Shown: positions 41,160 to 51,312 of the stretch, piece by piece
How positions within the stretch are numbered: the stretch's first letter is position 1
Layout: each line of letters opens with the position of its first letter
DNA from: Flavobacteriales bacterium
GTDB taxonomy: Bacteria; Bacteroidota; Bacteroidia; NS11-12g; UBA9320
NCBI GenBank assembly: GCA_020635395.1
Contig: JACJZV010000001.1
Location: 782,675 to 846,674, forward strand
Direction: 5' to 3'
Length of the DNA: 64,000 nucleotides
The notes under the pieces: generated by a model
Databases searched by the model: none
What the model was told of the DNA's origin: nothing
The model's input: the letters and a program-made list of their open reading frames with translations, nothing else
Translations under genes and position numbers: made by a program

Positions 41160-42094
41160 TAATGAAGAATCTTTAGGTTGTCGAAATAAATTCTACTACC
41201 TGCACCGCTTCCGTAGCTTTGCAAAAAGACTTTGAATGATGCGTTTTTATATTGCGATTGACTAATATCCGGGTCAAGATGTATGTAGCTTTTTTTCCAA
41301 ACGGCCACGCCATCGGCGTTTTTGGTGTTGAATAAATACAGTACATTTATGGCACTGCCTATTTGGTTTCCGGCGGCATCGAAGGCATATAGCCCCACTT
41401 GCATATTTGCTTCAAGTTTGTAGTTTATCTCCAAATAGGTCGATTTGCCTGCCGGTATCAAAAATTTGCTGATGGTGGCGGCCTCAAATTTTTGGTCGTC
41501 TTTGTCAAACTCCACAAACCCGGAAACAAGATTTTTTGCCCCATAACCATATACTTCATTGGGGTCGTAGGTCAGTTGAATACTGTCTTTCTCCACATTT
41601 ATACCGCTTTTGGCAAGACTGATGGAGCGGTCTTCAAAATCTTCAATCCAGCGAAATTTTGTGCTGTCAAAATATACCACTTGTGGGTGGATGGAGTCTA
41701 TCTTGCCTGATTTTAAATCAACAGAATCTTGAATGGCTTTATAAAATGGGAAGATAGCTCTATCATCTGTTCGACCATTTCGTTTTATACCGCCAAATAT
41801 GGTAATTCTTCTTTTGTCGTTTGCCAAAATTGGAATGGTGGCTGGCACCTCAAAAGTGCCAATTAACTGGCCATTGGCATATACCCAAGCGTCAACGATG
41901 TCGTGGGCATTGCTTCCCTGGCTGTTGTCGGTTTTTGTTGTCAACGAAAAAGTGTCGATAAACAAATAGGCCGGAATTTGCTCTTCGCGGTCAACAACGT
42001 TGCACGAAGTGCCGCCAATTGTCAATAATAATACAGCAAAAGCCGAAAATAAAAGTGTCCTAAAATGGAATTGGTTTTGAAAAAAATCTGTCAT
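41156..42094 (-). CDS. Hypothetical lipoprotein (312 aa) in the exopolysaccharide gene cluster.
   Basis: The lipobox is GGTSC. Its start overlaps the upstream gene by 4 nt, so the genes are co-transcribed. Confidence 0.5.
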   Translation of the reverse strand: MTDFFQNQFHFRTLLFSAFAVLLLTIGGTSCNVVDREEQIPAYLFIDTFSLTTKTDNSQGSNAHDIVDAWVYANGQLIGTFEVPATIPILANDKRRITIFGGIKRNGRTDDRAIFPFYKAIQDSVDLKSGKIDSIHPQVVYFDSTKFRWIEDFEDRSISLAKSGINVEKDSIQLTYDPNEVYGYGAKNLVSGFVEFDKDDQKFEAATISKFLIPAGKSTYLEINYKLEANMQVGLYAFDAAGNQIGSAINVLYLFNTKNADGVAVWKKSYIHLDPDISQSQYKNASFKVFLQSYGSGAGSRIYFDNLKILHY

Positions 42095-43050
42095 TTACGC
42101 TCAAAATTTCGTTCTAATTGATCCAGAATGCGATCGGCCACATCTCTTGCCGCAACAAATTCGGTAAGACTAACCGCAGGTTCTGTACCTAAAACGATGC
42201 AATAGTAGAAAGATTCTATTTCTTTTTCTAAGATTTCTTCGCTATTTACGCTTTTATGATAGTTGATTTGGTCGTTAATTTGGTCTTCAACAGCCATTTC
42301 GTTCTGATTTTCGGAGGTTTCAGAACCCTGCACTATCCTCAAACTCTGGTTTTGATAGTTGAGCGTGTGGTAATTATTGTTTTGAAAAAAGCGAATTTTA
42401 TGAACGTTTTTGTCGGCAATTTTGCTGGCTGATATGGTGGCCACGCAGCCGTTGTAAAAATCGATACGGGCATTTACCACGTCAGGGTCTTCAAATAAAA
42501 CCCCAACACCGGTGGCCGAGACCGATTTAACCCGCGAACGCGAAATGGACAATACCACATCAAGATCGGGCAACAAAACCTCTTCAATCAGGTTAATTTT
42601 ATGTTTTTTGTCTTTTCGGGCTATGTAGTGGTTGCATTCAATTATTCTTGGCTCTAAGTCAAGGTCTTTTATTTCGTTATGAATGTTTAGAAATCTTAAA
42701 CCATTGCTAACCTGAATTTTTACACCTGCTTCGTAGGCATATTGCGATAATTTTTTTAGCTGATGTTTTGAAATATGAGAAGTGCTGGTAATAAAGACGT
42801 GTTTCAGGCTTTTTACTATTTCCAGAATATTTTCATAAAGACAAAAGGTTGGGTCGAAAATTAGAACGGCATCAACTGCTTTGTCCAATTCATCGTAATT
42901 TCGGAGGGGCAGCAAATTTTCGAGCTTGTGGCTTTGCAAGCCGCAACACAAGCCAAAATACTTTTTGTCAATAAAATATCGGAGAAAGTTATCGGTAAAG
43001 TCTCCTTTTCCAATAATCCCGACATTTAATGTTTTTAAATTTATTTGCAT
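42091..43050 (-). CDS. Rossmann-fold protein, possibly a Gfo/Idh/MocA-like oxidoreductase (319 aa).
   Basis: The N-terminus VGIIGKGDFTDNFL is a GxGxxG-like dinucleotide-binding motif. The assignment is weak. Confidence 0.35.
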   Translation of the reverse strand: MQINLKTLNVGIIGKGDFTDNFLRYFIDKKYFGLCCGLQSHKLENLLPLRNYDELDKAVDAVLIFDPTFCLYENILEIVKSLKHVFITSTSHISKHQLKKLSQYAYEAGVKIQVSNGLRFLNIHNEIKDLDLEPRIIECNHYIARKDKKHKINLIEEVLLPDLDVVLSISRSRVKSVSATGVGVLFEDPDVVNARIDFYNGCVATISASKIADKNVHKIRFFQNNNYHTLNYQNQSLRIVQGSETSENQNEMAVEDQINDQINYHKSVNSEEILEKEIESFYYCIVLGTEPAVSLTEFVAARDVADRILDQLERNFERK

Positions 43051-43092
43051 CCTAAAATGACTTCTGCGAATTAAGATTTTATTTGCAGGCGA

Positions 43093-43785
43093 TTGAAATT
43101 ATGTTTTCATTTATTGTCAAAAAAAGCATACACTTTGCAAGATACATATAAGAATAAAGGCCGCAGAAAGCGGCTTGTTGAGCTACTTCGCAAGAAAGGA
43201 ATATCCGACGAAAATGTGCTGAACGCCATAGGTGAAGTTCCACGGCATTATTTTTTTCCGGCTGATTTTGAAGATGAGGCTTATGAGGATAAAGCGTTTC
43301 CAATTGGTCAAGGACAAACCATTTCTCAGCCCTACACCGTTGCTTTTCAAACCCAATTACTGCAACTAAAACCGGGCAGCAAAGTGCTTGAAATAGGCAC
43401 AGGCAGCGGATATCAGGCGGCCATTTTGGCTCAAATGGGGGTAGAAGTGTTTACCATAGAGCGTATCGAAGCATTGTATCGCAAAACAATTGAGTTGTTC
43501 GAAAAATTGAAATTGCCGATTCATTGTTTTTGGGGCGATGGCAGCGTTGGACTGAAACATAGTGCTCCTTTTGATGGCATCGTTGTAACGGCAGGAGCCA
43601 ATGATTTGGCCGAGCATTTGAAAGAACAACTTGCAATTGGCGGAAACTTGGTGTTACCTTTAGGGAGCTTAGAAATCCAAAAAATGGTACTCATAACCCG
43701 CCTTGTTGAAAACAAATATGAACGTACAGAACATGGTGAATTTAAATTTGTGCCTTTGTTGGGCAAACATGGTTGGAAAATGTAA
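43093..43785 (+). CDS. pcm: Protein-L-isoaspartate O-methyltransferase.
   Basis: Motifs VPRH.F.P, Q.ISQP..VA, and SAM-binding LEIGTGSGYQAAILAQ. The start is uncertain: the ORF-track start is TTG, and another in-frame TTG lies at 43117. Confidence 0.8.
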   Translation: MKLCFHLLSKKAYTLQDTYKNKGRRKRLVELLRKKGISDENVLNAIGEVPRHYFFPADFEDEAYEDKAFPIGQGQTISQPYTVAFQTQLLQLKPGSKVLEIGTGSGYQAAILAQMGVEVFTIERIEALYRKTIELFEKLKLPIHCFWGDGSVGLKHSAPFDGIVVTAGANDLAEHLKEQLAIGGNLVLPLGSLEIQKMVLITRLVENKYERTEHGEFKFVPLLGKHGWKM

Positions 43786-44953
43786 AATCGGTATTGTATC
43801 GGCCTTAGCTTTAATAAGTTTTTCGCTTCAGGCACAAACAAATTTGGTGGTTTCGCCCAAATCGGGTGATGGAATTTTGACCCTCATGGGTCGATACAAA
43901 CTCAATCAGCACAGCAGCAATCTTGATTCATTCCTTGATTTGAATGATTTGGATCCCACAGACTACCTCATCTTAGAAAAAAAATATAAGCTTCCGGTAA
44001 AGGTGTACGACTATACGAGCGGCACTATCAGAGCAACTATTGGGATAGATGATTACGATAGGGCTCTTCGCATTCAGAAGTATAATGAGCAATTGGTAGA
44101 AAGCGGAGTAAAAGAGAAAAGCTATAAGGAAGACGGAAAACTATGGGTTCCATTTCATGAAATGATGACTTCTACTGTTGTTTCAAAGCCCGGTTTTAAA
44201 AGTTATACCACCAAAATACCCATTTTAGGAAAAGAATATGAAGACGTGGTGGTTGAAGATGCCACTTTAGATAAATGTGTTTATTATTTGGTTAGTGGAC
44301 ACGGTGGGCCAGACCCTGGTGCAATGACCACAAAAGATGGCCATGATCTATGCGAAGATGAATATGCCTACGATGTTACACTTCGTTTGGCAAGAAACCT
44401 GATAAGTCATGGAGCTACGGTTTACCTTATTGTTCGCGACCCAGACGATGGCATTCGGGATGAAACCTACCTAAAACCCGATAGACACGAGGTAACTTGG
44501 CTAAACCAAAAAATGCCCGTAAACCAAAGGGCTCGGTTGGCACAACGGGTAAATGCTATCAATGCATTATACGAAAAACATAAGGCAGATGCAAAGTTGC
44601 AACGTGTAATTGTGACCCACGTTGATTCAAGAAACGAAGGCGAAAAAATTGACATATTTTTTTATCACTGCCCGGGAAGCACTACCGGCAAACAGGCTGC
44701 CGACACCATGATGAACACCATATCGGCCAAATACAACGAGCATCAAAAAAATAGAGGATACAAAGGAGTTGTGAAAGCACGCGAATTGTATATGCTGCTC
44801 GAAACAAAACCAACCACAGTCTATATCGAATTGGGAAATATCACCAACGAATTTGACCAAAAACGATTATTGATTCCCAATAATCGGCAGGCAATTGCCA
44901 ATTGGTTGTATCTTGGCATTAGCAAAGATGCCTCACGAGTTTTAAAGCAATAG
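43769..44953 (+). CDS. N-acetylmuramoyl-L-alanine amidase (Amidase_3 family), secreted.
   Basis: The ATG at 43769 gives the signal peptide MVGKCKIGIVSALALISFSLQAQT. The Amidase_3 core is YYLVSGHGGPDPGAMT...VTHVDSR...YIELGNITN. It overlaps the 3' end of pcm by 17 nt. Confidence 0.75.
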   Translation: MVGKCKIGIVSALALISFSLQAQTNLVVSPKSGDGILTLMGRYKLNQHSSNLDSFLDLNDLDPTDYLILEKKYKLPVKVYDYTSGTIRATIGIDDYDRALRIQKYNEQLVESGVKEKSYKEDGKLWVPFHEMMTSTVVSKPGFKSYTTKIPILGKEYEDVVVEDATLDKCVYYLVSGHGGPDPGAMTTKDGHDLCEDEYAYDVTLRLARNLISHGATVYLIVRDPDDGIRDETYLKPDRHEVTWLNQKMPVNQRARLAQRVNAINALYEKHKADAKLQRVIVTHVDSRNEGEKIDIFFYHCPGSTTGKQAADTMMNTISAKYNEHQKNRGYKGVVKARELYMLLETKPTTVYIELGNITNEFDQKRLLIPNNRQAIANWLYLGISKDASRVLKQ

Positions 44954-44999
44954 CAAGTTTCAATCTATACACCCTATTTTTGAACCAAATTTATTGCCA

Positions 45000-46634
45000 A
45001 TGATTAGGGGTTTAATCTTTTTTAAAATCGTTTCTTTTTTTATTTCGGCTTGCAGTGAAAAGCCCAAAACAACGGTTGATCTCATTTTGTACAACGCTAA
45101 AATTTATACGGTAAATGAGGATTTTGAAATGGCTCAAGCCATTGCCATACAAGCCGATACCATTGTAGCCATTGGTTCTAATAAAGATATTTTAAACCAT
45201 TATCAATCTGCCAAAACCATTGACTTGGATCAAAAAACAGTTTTTCCGGGTTTGATAGATGCACACAGCCATTTTTATGGGTATGGAAAAAACCTTCAGG
45301 AACTCAATTTGAAAGGGGTGGGCAGTTTGGAAGAAATGATTAATTTGGTAGTAAGTTATGCTTCTAAAACAGCCCCAACATACATAATTGGTAGAGGTTG
45401 GGATGAAAATAACTGGCACACGCAAGGCAGTATCAATAAATCAAAACTCGATGTTATGTTTCCCACAGTTCCTGTTTTTCTGCAACGGGTTGACGGACAT
45501 TCGGCACTATGCAATCAGGTGGCTTTGGATATGGCCGGAATTGGACCCAACACCTATGTGAATGGGGGAGAGGTTGAGGTTTTTGGAGATATAATGACCG
45601 GAATAGTAAAGGACAAAGCCATGGATTTGGTAAAACAAAAACTACCCATACCGGATAGAAGTTTCCAAAATCAAATATTGATGGATGCACAAAAAAGCTG
45701 TTTTTCGTATGGCTTAACCACTGTGTGCGATGCCGGATTGCCCACCGAAACCATCGAGTTGATGGATTCTATGGCAAATGCAAACCAACTAAAAATACGG
45801 CTTTATGCCATGTTCGACCCCGATACAGCCAAGATTATAACGTTTTGGGAAAAACATCCAAACCTTAACAAAAGATTGAAAGCACACTCTATTAAACTTT
45901 ATGGAGATGGCTCGGTGGGAAGTTCAACGGCCTGCCTCAAACATCCGTATGCAGATAATAAAAGCAACTATGGCTTTATCATTGAAAATGAAGATTTTTA
46001 TCGAAGCATATTGAGGTTTTGCTATAATCGCAATCTTCAGGCAAACACACATTGCATCGGCGACTCAGCCAATAAATATCTGTTGGGTCTATATGCCGAT
46101 ATATTGGAAGACAAGAATGATAATCGGTGGAGAATTGAACATGCTCAATTGGTGGATAATGCTGATATAGATATGTTTGGTCGATTTTCCATTATTCCTT
46201 CTGTACAGCCAACTCATGCCACCAGCGATTTTCACATGTTCAACAAAAATGTAGGCTTGATGAACCCATCCTACAATGCTGGATACAATTACAAATCGCT
46301 TCTTATGCAGAACAATTATATTGCTTTTGGAACCGATTTTCCGGTAGAAGGAGTAAACCCATTAAATACTTTTTTTTCGGCAACAAAACGAAAAACTTCG
46401 GACGGGGAAATATTCAATATCGAACAAGCTGTAACAACTTTGGAGGCATTGAAAGCCATGACCATTTGGGCTGCCAAAGCCAATTTTATGGAAAATGAAG
46501 TGGGCAGTTTAGAGGTAGGCAAAAAAGCAGATTTATGCGTGTTTTCAGATGATTTTATGTATGCCCAAAACGCCGATAAAATTCTATGTCTAATGACAAT
46601 TTGTGGCGGCGAAGTGGTTTTTGATGTGCGATGA
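45000..46634 (+). CDS. Amidohydrolase-family metal-dependent hydrolase (Amidohydro_3-like), a lipoprotein.
   Basis: The lipobox is FISAC. The metal-binding motif is VFPGLIDAHSHF. The first ATG is at 45000; the ORF-track start is TTG 44994. Confidence 0.7.
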   Translation: MIRGLIFFKIVSFFISACSEKPKTTVDLILYNAKIYTVNEDFEMAQAIAIQADTIVAIGSNKDILNHYQSAKTIDLDQKTVFPGLIDAHSHFYGYGKNLQELNLKGVGSLEEMINLVVSYASKTAPTYIIGRGWDENNWHTQGSINKSKLDVMFPTVPVFLQRVDGHSALCNQVALDMAGIGPNTYVNGGEVEVFGDIMTGIVKDKAMDLVKQKLPIPDRSFQNQILMDAQKSCFSYGLTTVCDAGLPTETIELMDSMANANQLKIRLYAMFDPDTAKIITFWEKHPNLNKRLKAHSIKLYGDGSVGSSTACLKHPYADNKSNYGFIIENEDFYRSILRFCYNRNLQANTHCIGDSANKYLLGLYADILEDKNDNRWRIEHAQLVDNADIDMFGRFSIIPSVQPTHATSDFHMFNKNVGLMNPSYNAGYNYKSLLMQNNYIAFGTDFPVEGVNPLNTFFSATKRKTSDGEIFNIEQAVTTLEALKAMTIWAAKANFMENEVGSLEVGKKADLCVFSDDFMYAQNADKILCLMTICGGEVVFDVR

Positions 46635-49600
46635 TTAGTCTCTAACCACGGTAATCGTTCCGCTGTATTTCTCAATTTCGGCATCGTCAATGCAGCCTTC
46701 TCTATATCTTAAAATATAAAAATAAGTTCCACCCGGGCATGGCACATCGGTGTTCATCACGTTTCCATTCCAATTAAGCCCCGAGCCGTATTCGGTATCT
46801 TGTTTTGCTCTATACATAAGTTCGCCCCAACGGTTATAAATGGATAATTCATAAAAATCTTCTCCCTCCATTTCAATGTCGTATTCATCATTTAGCCCAT
46901 CCTTATTTGGGGTAATAATGTTCGGAATCATCATTTCAAACCCGTGTTCGTTTTCAATGGTCTGTGTGGCTGTGTCGAGGCATCCTTCTTTGCTTTTGCT
47001 AATTAATGATACCTCAAATTTGCCCTTGTCTGGGGCATAATTGTGACTTGAATTTTTTTCAAAACTCAAGTTTTTGTGACCGCTGGCCGGATGTCCGAAA
47101 TCCCAAGTGGCCTCACCACCTTCTACCAATATTGCCGAAAAATGATACAACGGACAAAGTGAATCTTTGGTGAAGCTAAACTCGGCTTTATTGTCAAAAA
47201 CGTTAAACTCTTTTGTAATACTATCATAGCAAGCACGTTGATACGGACCAGTGGGAGTGTATATTGGCCGATATGAGATTACCACTTTTCCGGTATCTTT
47301 AAAAACAGCACTTGCAGGTCTGCTGCCAAACGAAATAGCTGAATCGTTTGGCCAATACCAACGATAAATTTTATAAATGGGGTCGGATTTATCTATTAAT
47401 TCTACTGTTTGGTTTCGACAAATATGTCCATCAATTTCAAAATCCACTTCAGGAATAGGAAGAATTATGACTCTCCGCACATCATGAATCGGAGCTGCCG
47501 AGTCTGGATAAAAAGCATTGCAGTAATATACATTATTATTGTTGTCGGGATTAACCACACTATCACCGGCATAGAGATAGATGTTGTATATGCCGGGTTT
47601 TGTGTATGTGTGATGTACGTTTGAATCTGATTTCGTACTCAACGAATTGTTTAATGAGGCCGTGTCGCCAAAATACCAGACATAATCTGACGAGTGGGTT
47701 GAGTTGTTTTTTAATTCAACGGTAAATGGGGTACAGGCCACAGTGTCCGAAATAATATCAAAACGAGGAATGGGGCCTTCAATACGAATTGTTGTATAGG
47801 CCGTATCTTCACATCCGGTGGTGTTTTTGATAACATGGGTAATGGTAAAATCGCCAAAACTTTTATATAAATGAAAAGGATTTTTTAAAAAACTGGGTGT
47901 GTATCCATCGCCAAAATCCCAGAAGTGAAAAATAATGCTGTCGTTTTGAATGTCATTCACCTTAGATGAATCAAACAGCTGAATAATATCATCACAAAGC
48001 AGTTTTTTGCTAATATTTTTAATGCCAGCGGCTATGTCTGCCACCTCAATGTATTTTACCATTGTGTCTATACAACCGCGGCTATCAGCTGATACCATCG
48101 TAATTTTATGTTTTCCCAACGAATCAAACTGATGCACCGGAAGAGGGCCTTTCACTTTGTCAAATCCGGTTCCTTCGCCTATTTCCCATTTTATTGTCTC
48201 AATAAGGTTGTTCGGTTTTCGCCAATATTGGGTGGTGTCGTGCCAGTAGGTAATGGTGTCGAAAAACTGTACCGACGTGCCGGGACACACGGGGGTTGGG
48301 AATAAAAAGTTGTTATAAAAACCTATTTCAGTACTTGTGTATCCATCGGACGTGCATCCAGAATCGGTTTCTAAAACCCATGTACATTCCACTTTTTTGG
48401 AGCGATAATAAATATGCTCAAACTTTGGCAGTGGGCCAAAACCCGCCGGAATATCAATGGTGTCGGCATCTTCGCCTTTATTCCATGTCACCATTATTTT
48501 TCGCACATCGGGTTGGTTGCGAACGTAGAGCTCGCCAATTAATTTAAACGGCAAACAACCTGAGTCGGAGAATTTGGCTTGGGCAAAAGGAGTGGGGTTT
48601 AACCTAAAGGCTCGGTGATACCAAAATGTATCTTGGCACTTTCGTGAGGGGTCAAGATAATAGTCATTTGGATCGCACGACCTCCAAATAGTGTCGTATC
48701 CGGTTTGAGCCAAAATGCCGTAAGTAACCCATCGACTTGTATCGCACGTTTTGCTATATTGTTTGGGCGATTCAAACTGTTCAAAATTATTTTTACCGCA
48801 GGCCGAATCGAAGTTTATCAGAATTTTGCTATAACAAGATCCCGAACTAAATCGGACATCCGTTTGCAAACAATTTTTGTCAAGATTTGCTGTAAAATCT
48901 TCCGGTACCGGTTTTTTCATCGAAATTTTGAGAACAGTGCTATCCGAACAACCGTGCAATGGGTCGCGGGCAATCAGTTTTGCCTCGCCGCAAAAGCTGG
49001 AGTCGTAAAAGTGTTTTCCATCAATATCTACCGAAAAATTGCAGTTAGCGTTTTTGTTTATATTTTGCTTTGTGTTGGTGGTGCAGGCGGGGGCGTGTGG
49101 GTCGTTAAACTTCCACAAATACTGCACCGTTCCTGTTCTATATGTCAGTGTTTTGTTGCAGAAATAAACGGTATCTTTTGGGTCGCATTGTTTTTCGTTA
49201 AACAATTTGGCATTAGCTTTAACACCTATGGAGTATATCGAATCGTATGTAAAACTGATACAATCTCCTTTTTTTACCCTCAACTCAATGCGATACTTTC
49301 CCGGAAATTCTGGAAAGAAGAAAGATTCCCTATTGTTGCCAAAGTTGTAAACAAAATTGCCCGAAGAGTCAATAGCGGCCCATTTGTATTCTGCCCCAAA
49401 TATGGGAGTATGCTCAAAACTGAAATAATTGGGATAGCACAAAATGCTGTCCTTTTTTATGATTTTTAAATCTACTTTGTTCAGGTCAACATTTATAAAT
49501 TTTCGATAGTTTACCACACAGCCGTTTTTAAAAGTGGCCGTTACATCCACCGGATAGTTTCCCGATTTGTTGTATTGATGCGATATTTTGGGGGTTTTAA

Positions 49601-50369
49601 AACCCGTAACATTTTGTGAAGAGCCATCGCCAAATTCAATTTTTAGTGAAGCAATAAGTGTACTATCATTTATCCATGTGTTGTCAAACGAAAAACCAAA
49701 AGTTTCTGACTCGCACTTTTTGTTTTGAGAAACGTAGTTGAATTTTGGCACAAAATCATATAAAACCTCAATGTTTAGGCTCTTTTTTGCCTCACAACCC
49801 TTTTCGTTTGTCAGTTCCACATCTATGGTGTATTTGTTTGGTTTTGCATATTGGTAGCATATTTTATCACCCGATAGAGGGTTTGAATGGTCGGTTTTAT
49901 TTCCATCCCCCCACAAAATGGTTCGCTTCGTGTTTTTTATTCCGGCATTTCCGGAGGTGGAGTTGTCGAGAATACACACATTGTTGTTGGTAAAACAAAA
50001 CTGAGTTGAACCATCGAACGTAAGTTTAACATTGGGTAAATCATAAACCGTTATTTGCTTTGAAGTTTTACAATTGCTGCCGTTGCCCAAGGTAATGTCT
50101 GCCTCAATCGTAAAGGTTCCGGCAATGGCAAATCGATGTGATGGTGTGGCCACGGTGCTGGTGTTGCCGTCCCCAAATTTCCACGAAACCGATGCCACAG
50201 TGGAAGTAGTAGAGTTGGCCGTGAACGTTATCAAGTCATTTACGCAGGTAAAATTGGGGGAAGAAATGGAACATTGGCCAAAAGTTTCAACCTTTACAAT
50301 GCTTAAAACGCACAACAAGATAATTGTGAGCCGGTTTTTTTTAAGATATGTGCCAATGTTGTTCAACAA
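46635..50369 (-). CDS. Large (1244 aa) Cys-rich secreted protein with PKD-like domains and a T9SS type-B (gliding-motility-associated) C-terminal domain.
   Basis: Signal peptide; the start is TTG. PKD signature: WKFGDGNTSTVATPSHRF. The C-terminal ~100 aa (IPNIITPNKDGLNDEYDI...YNRWGELMY) match the FTPNGDGxND type-B CTD pattern. The stop codon directly abuts the stop of the convergent amidohydrolase gene (46634/46635). Confidence 0.8.
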   Translation of the reverse strand: MLNNIGTYLKKNRLTIILLCVLSIVKVETFGQCSISSPNFTCVNDLITFTANSTTSTVASVSWKFGDGNTSTVATPSHRFAIAGTFTIEADITLGNGSNCKTSKQITVYDLPNVKLTFDGSTQFCFTNNNVCILDNSTSGNAGIKNTKRTILWGDGNKTDHSNPLSGDKICYQYAKPNKYTIDVELTNEKGCEAKKSLNIEVLYDFVPKFNYVSQNKKCESETFGFSFDNTWINDSTLIASLKIEFGDGSSQNVTGFKTPKISHQYNKSGNYPVDVTATFKNGCVVNYRKFINVDLNKVDLKIIKKDSILCYPNYFSFEHTPIFGAEYKWAAIDSSGNFVYNFGNNRESFFFPEFPGKYRIELRVKKGDCISFTYDSIYSIGVKANAKLFNEKQCDPKDTVYFCNKTLTYRTGTVQYLWKFNDPHAPACTTNTKQNINKNANCNFSVDIDGKHFYDSSFCGEAKLIARDPLHGCSDSTVLKISMKKPVPEDFTANLDKNCLQTDVRFSSGSCYSKILINFDSACGKNNFEQFESPKQYSKTCDTSRWVTYGILAQTGYDTIWRSCDPNDYYLDPSRKCQDTFWYHRAFRLNPTPFAQAKFSDSGCLPFKLIGELYVRNQPDVRKIMVTWNKGEDADTIDIPAGFGPLPKFEHIYYRSKKVECTWVLETDSGCTSDGYTSTEIGFYNNFLFPTPVCPGTSVQFFDTITYWHDTTQYWRKPNNLIETIKWEIGEGTGFDKVKGPLPVHQFDSLGKHKITMVSADSRGCIDTMVKYIEVADIAAGIKNISKKLLCDDIIQLFDSSKVNDIQNDSIIFHFWDFGDGYTPSFLKNPFHLYKSFGDFTITHVIKNTTGCEDTAYTTIRIEGPIPRFDIISDTVACTPFTVELKNNSTHSSDYVWYFGDTASLNNSLSTKSDSNVHHTYTKPGIYNIYLYAGDSVVNPDNNNNVYYCNAFYPDSAAPIHDVRRVIILPIPEVDFEIDGHICRNQTVELIDKSDPIYKIYRWYWPNDSAISFGSRPASAVFKDTGKVVISYRPIYTPTGPYQRACYDSITKEFNVFDNKAEFSFTKDSLCPLYHFSAILVEGGEATWDFGHPASGHKNLSFEKNSSHNYAPDKGKFEVSLISKSKEGCLDTATQTIENEHGFEMMIPNIITPNKDGLNDEYDIEMEGEDFYELSIYNRWGELMYRAKQDTEYGSGLNWNGNVMNTDVPCPGGTYFYILRYREGCIDDAEIEKYSGTITVVRD

Positions 50370-50538
50370 TCAGGGTAAATTTTGCTGAAGTAATCGTTAA
50401 CATTCCAAATAAACAACACTTTGTTTATTGATTTACGTTTTTGTGATATTTTGATAGACACTTGCACAGAATAAAAGTTGCATCCATTACAAGATTCATT
50501 TCAAATAGAATTGGTTGCTTTTTAAAATGGAAATAGTT

Positions 50539-51210
50539 TTAATTTTTCTGCAACATACACTGCCGAATGGAAAATAAATGCAGAAATACAGCCATTGGCA
50601 TCAAAAAGGAGGCCAGCAAAATGTTGGGCATTTCTACAAATGGAAAATGGTTTACATCTTCTATAAAGTCAGTAAAATAAAAGCTATAAACAAAAGAGAA
50701 AACAGTGATGAATAGAATTGCAAATCCGCTAATATTCCACGCGAGCAATGCTTTTTTTCGGAGTTTGGTTTTCCAAAGCAAAAATCCAATTATAACTGCG
50801 GAAATTCCGACTAAAATATCAAAATTGTATCCTTCAAAGGTGGCTTGTTTTGGGAAAACGCCTTTGAGGTATGCCCCAAAAATTAAAAGCTCTACCAAAA
50901 TTCTAAACGATTGAAAAAAGACCGGTTTATAAAGTGAGGAGTTAGTTAAAACCGGTTTGAACCGGTTTGAAAATACAACTCCAATAAGAATTGCCATTAT
51001 GGGTAAAACCACCAAAACAGGCACTTTTGGCGGCATGGCAAGGTTGTTCAAAATGCCGAATTTGCTGATAAGATAGACGTAGGTGAACCAAACCGCCATA
51101 AGGCTTACGAAAATCAAAAGTGCTTTTTTCGATTTGGTAGATTGATAAATCAATAGGCCGATGGAGGAAACCATAATGATTGTAAGTGCATAAAATCCGA
51201 TAGAAACCAT
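50539..51210 (-). CDS. Hypothetical polytopic membrane protein.
   Basis: About 6 TM helices. The first ATG is at 51210; the ORF-track start is TTG 51228. Confidence 0.45.
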   Translation of the reverse strand: MVSIGFYALTIIMVSSIGLLIYQSTKSKKALLIFVSLMAVWFTYVYLISKFGILNNLAMPPKVPVLVVLPIMAILIGVVFSNRFKPVLTNSSLYKPVFFQSFRILVELLIFGAYLKGVFPKQATFEGYNFDILVGISAVIIGFLLWKTKLRKKALLAWNISGFAILFITVFSFVYSFYFTDFIEDVNHFPFVEMPNILLASFLMPMAVFLHLFSIRQCMLQKN

Positions 51211-51312
51211 TAGTTCTTTTTCATGCAAAGATTATGATTTTTATTTGGGTATTGAATGTTGCAATTTTACCTGTAAATTTGTAACCATTGTATAAGGTTA
51301 AATAACTTGGTT

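Noticed and set aside
43079-43303. 74-aa minus-strand ORF overlapping the pcm start region.
   Set aside because: It is antisense to the conserved pcm N-terminus, so it is more likely a promoter or 5' region artefact.
48705-49469. 254-aa plus-strand ORF inside the T9SS type-B CTD protein gene.
   Set aside because: It is antisense to a strongly supported 1244-aa ORF that has a signal peptide, PKD motifs and a CTD. There are no independent motifs.
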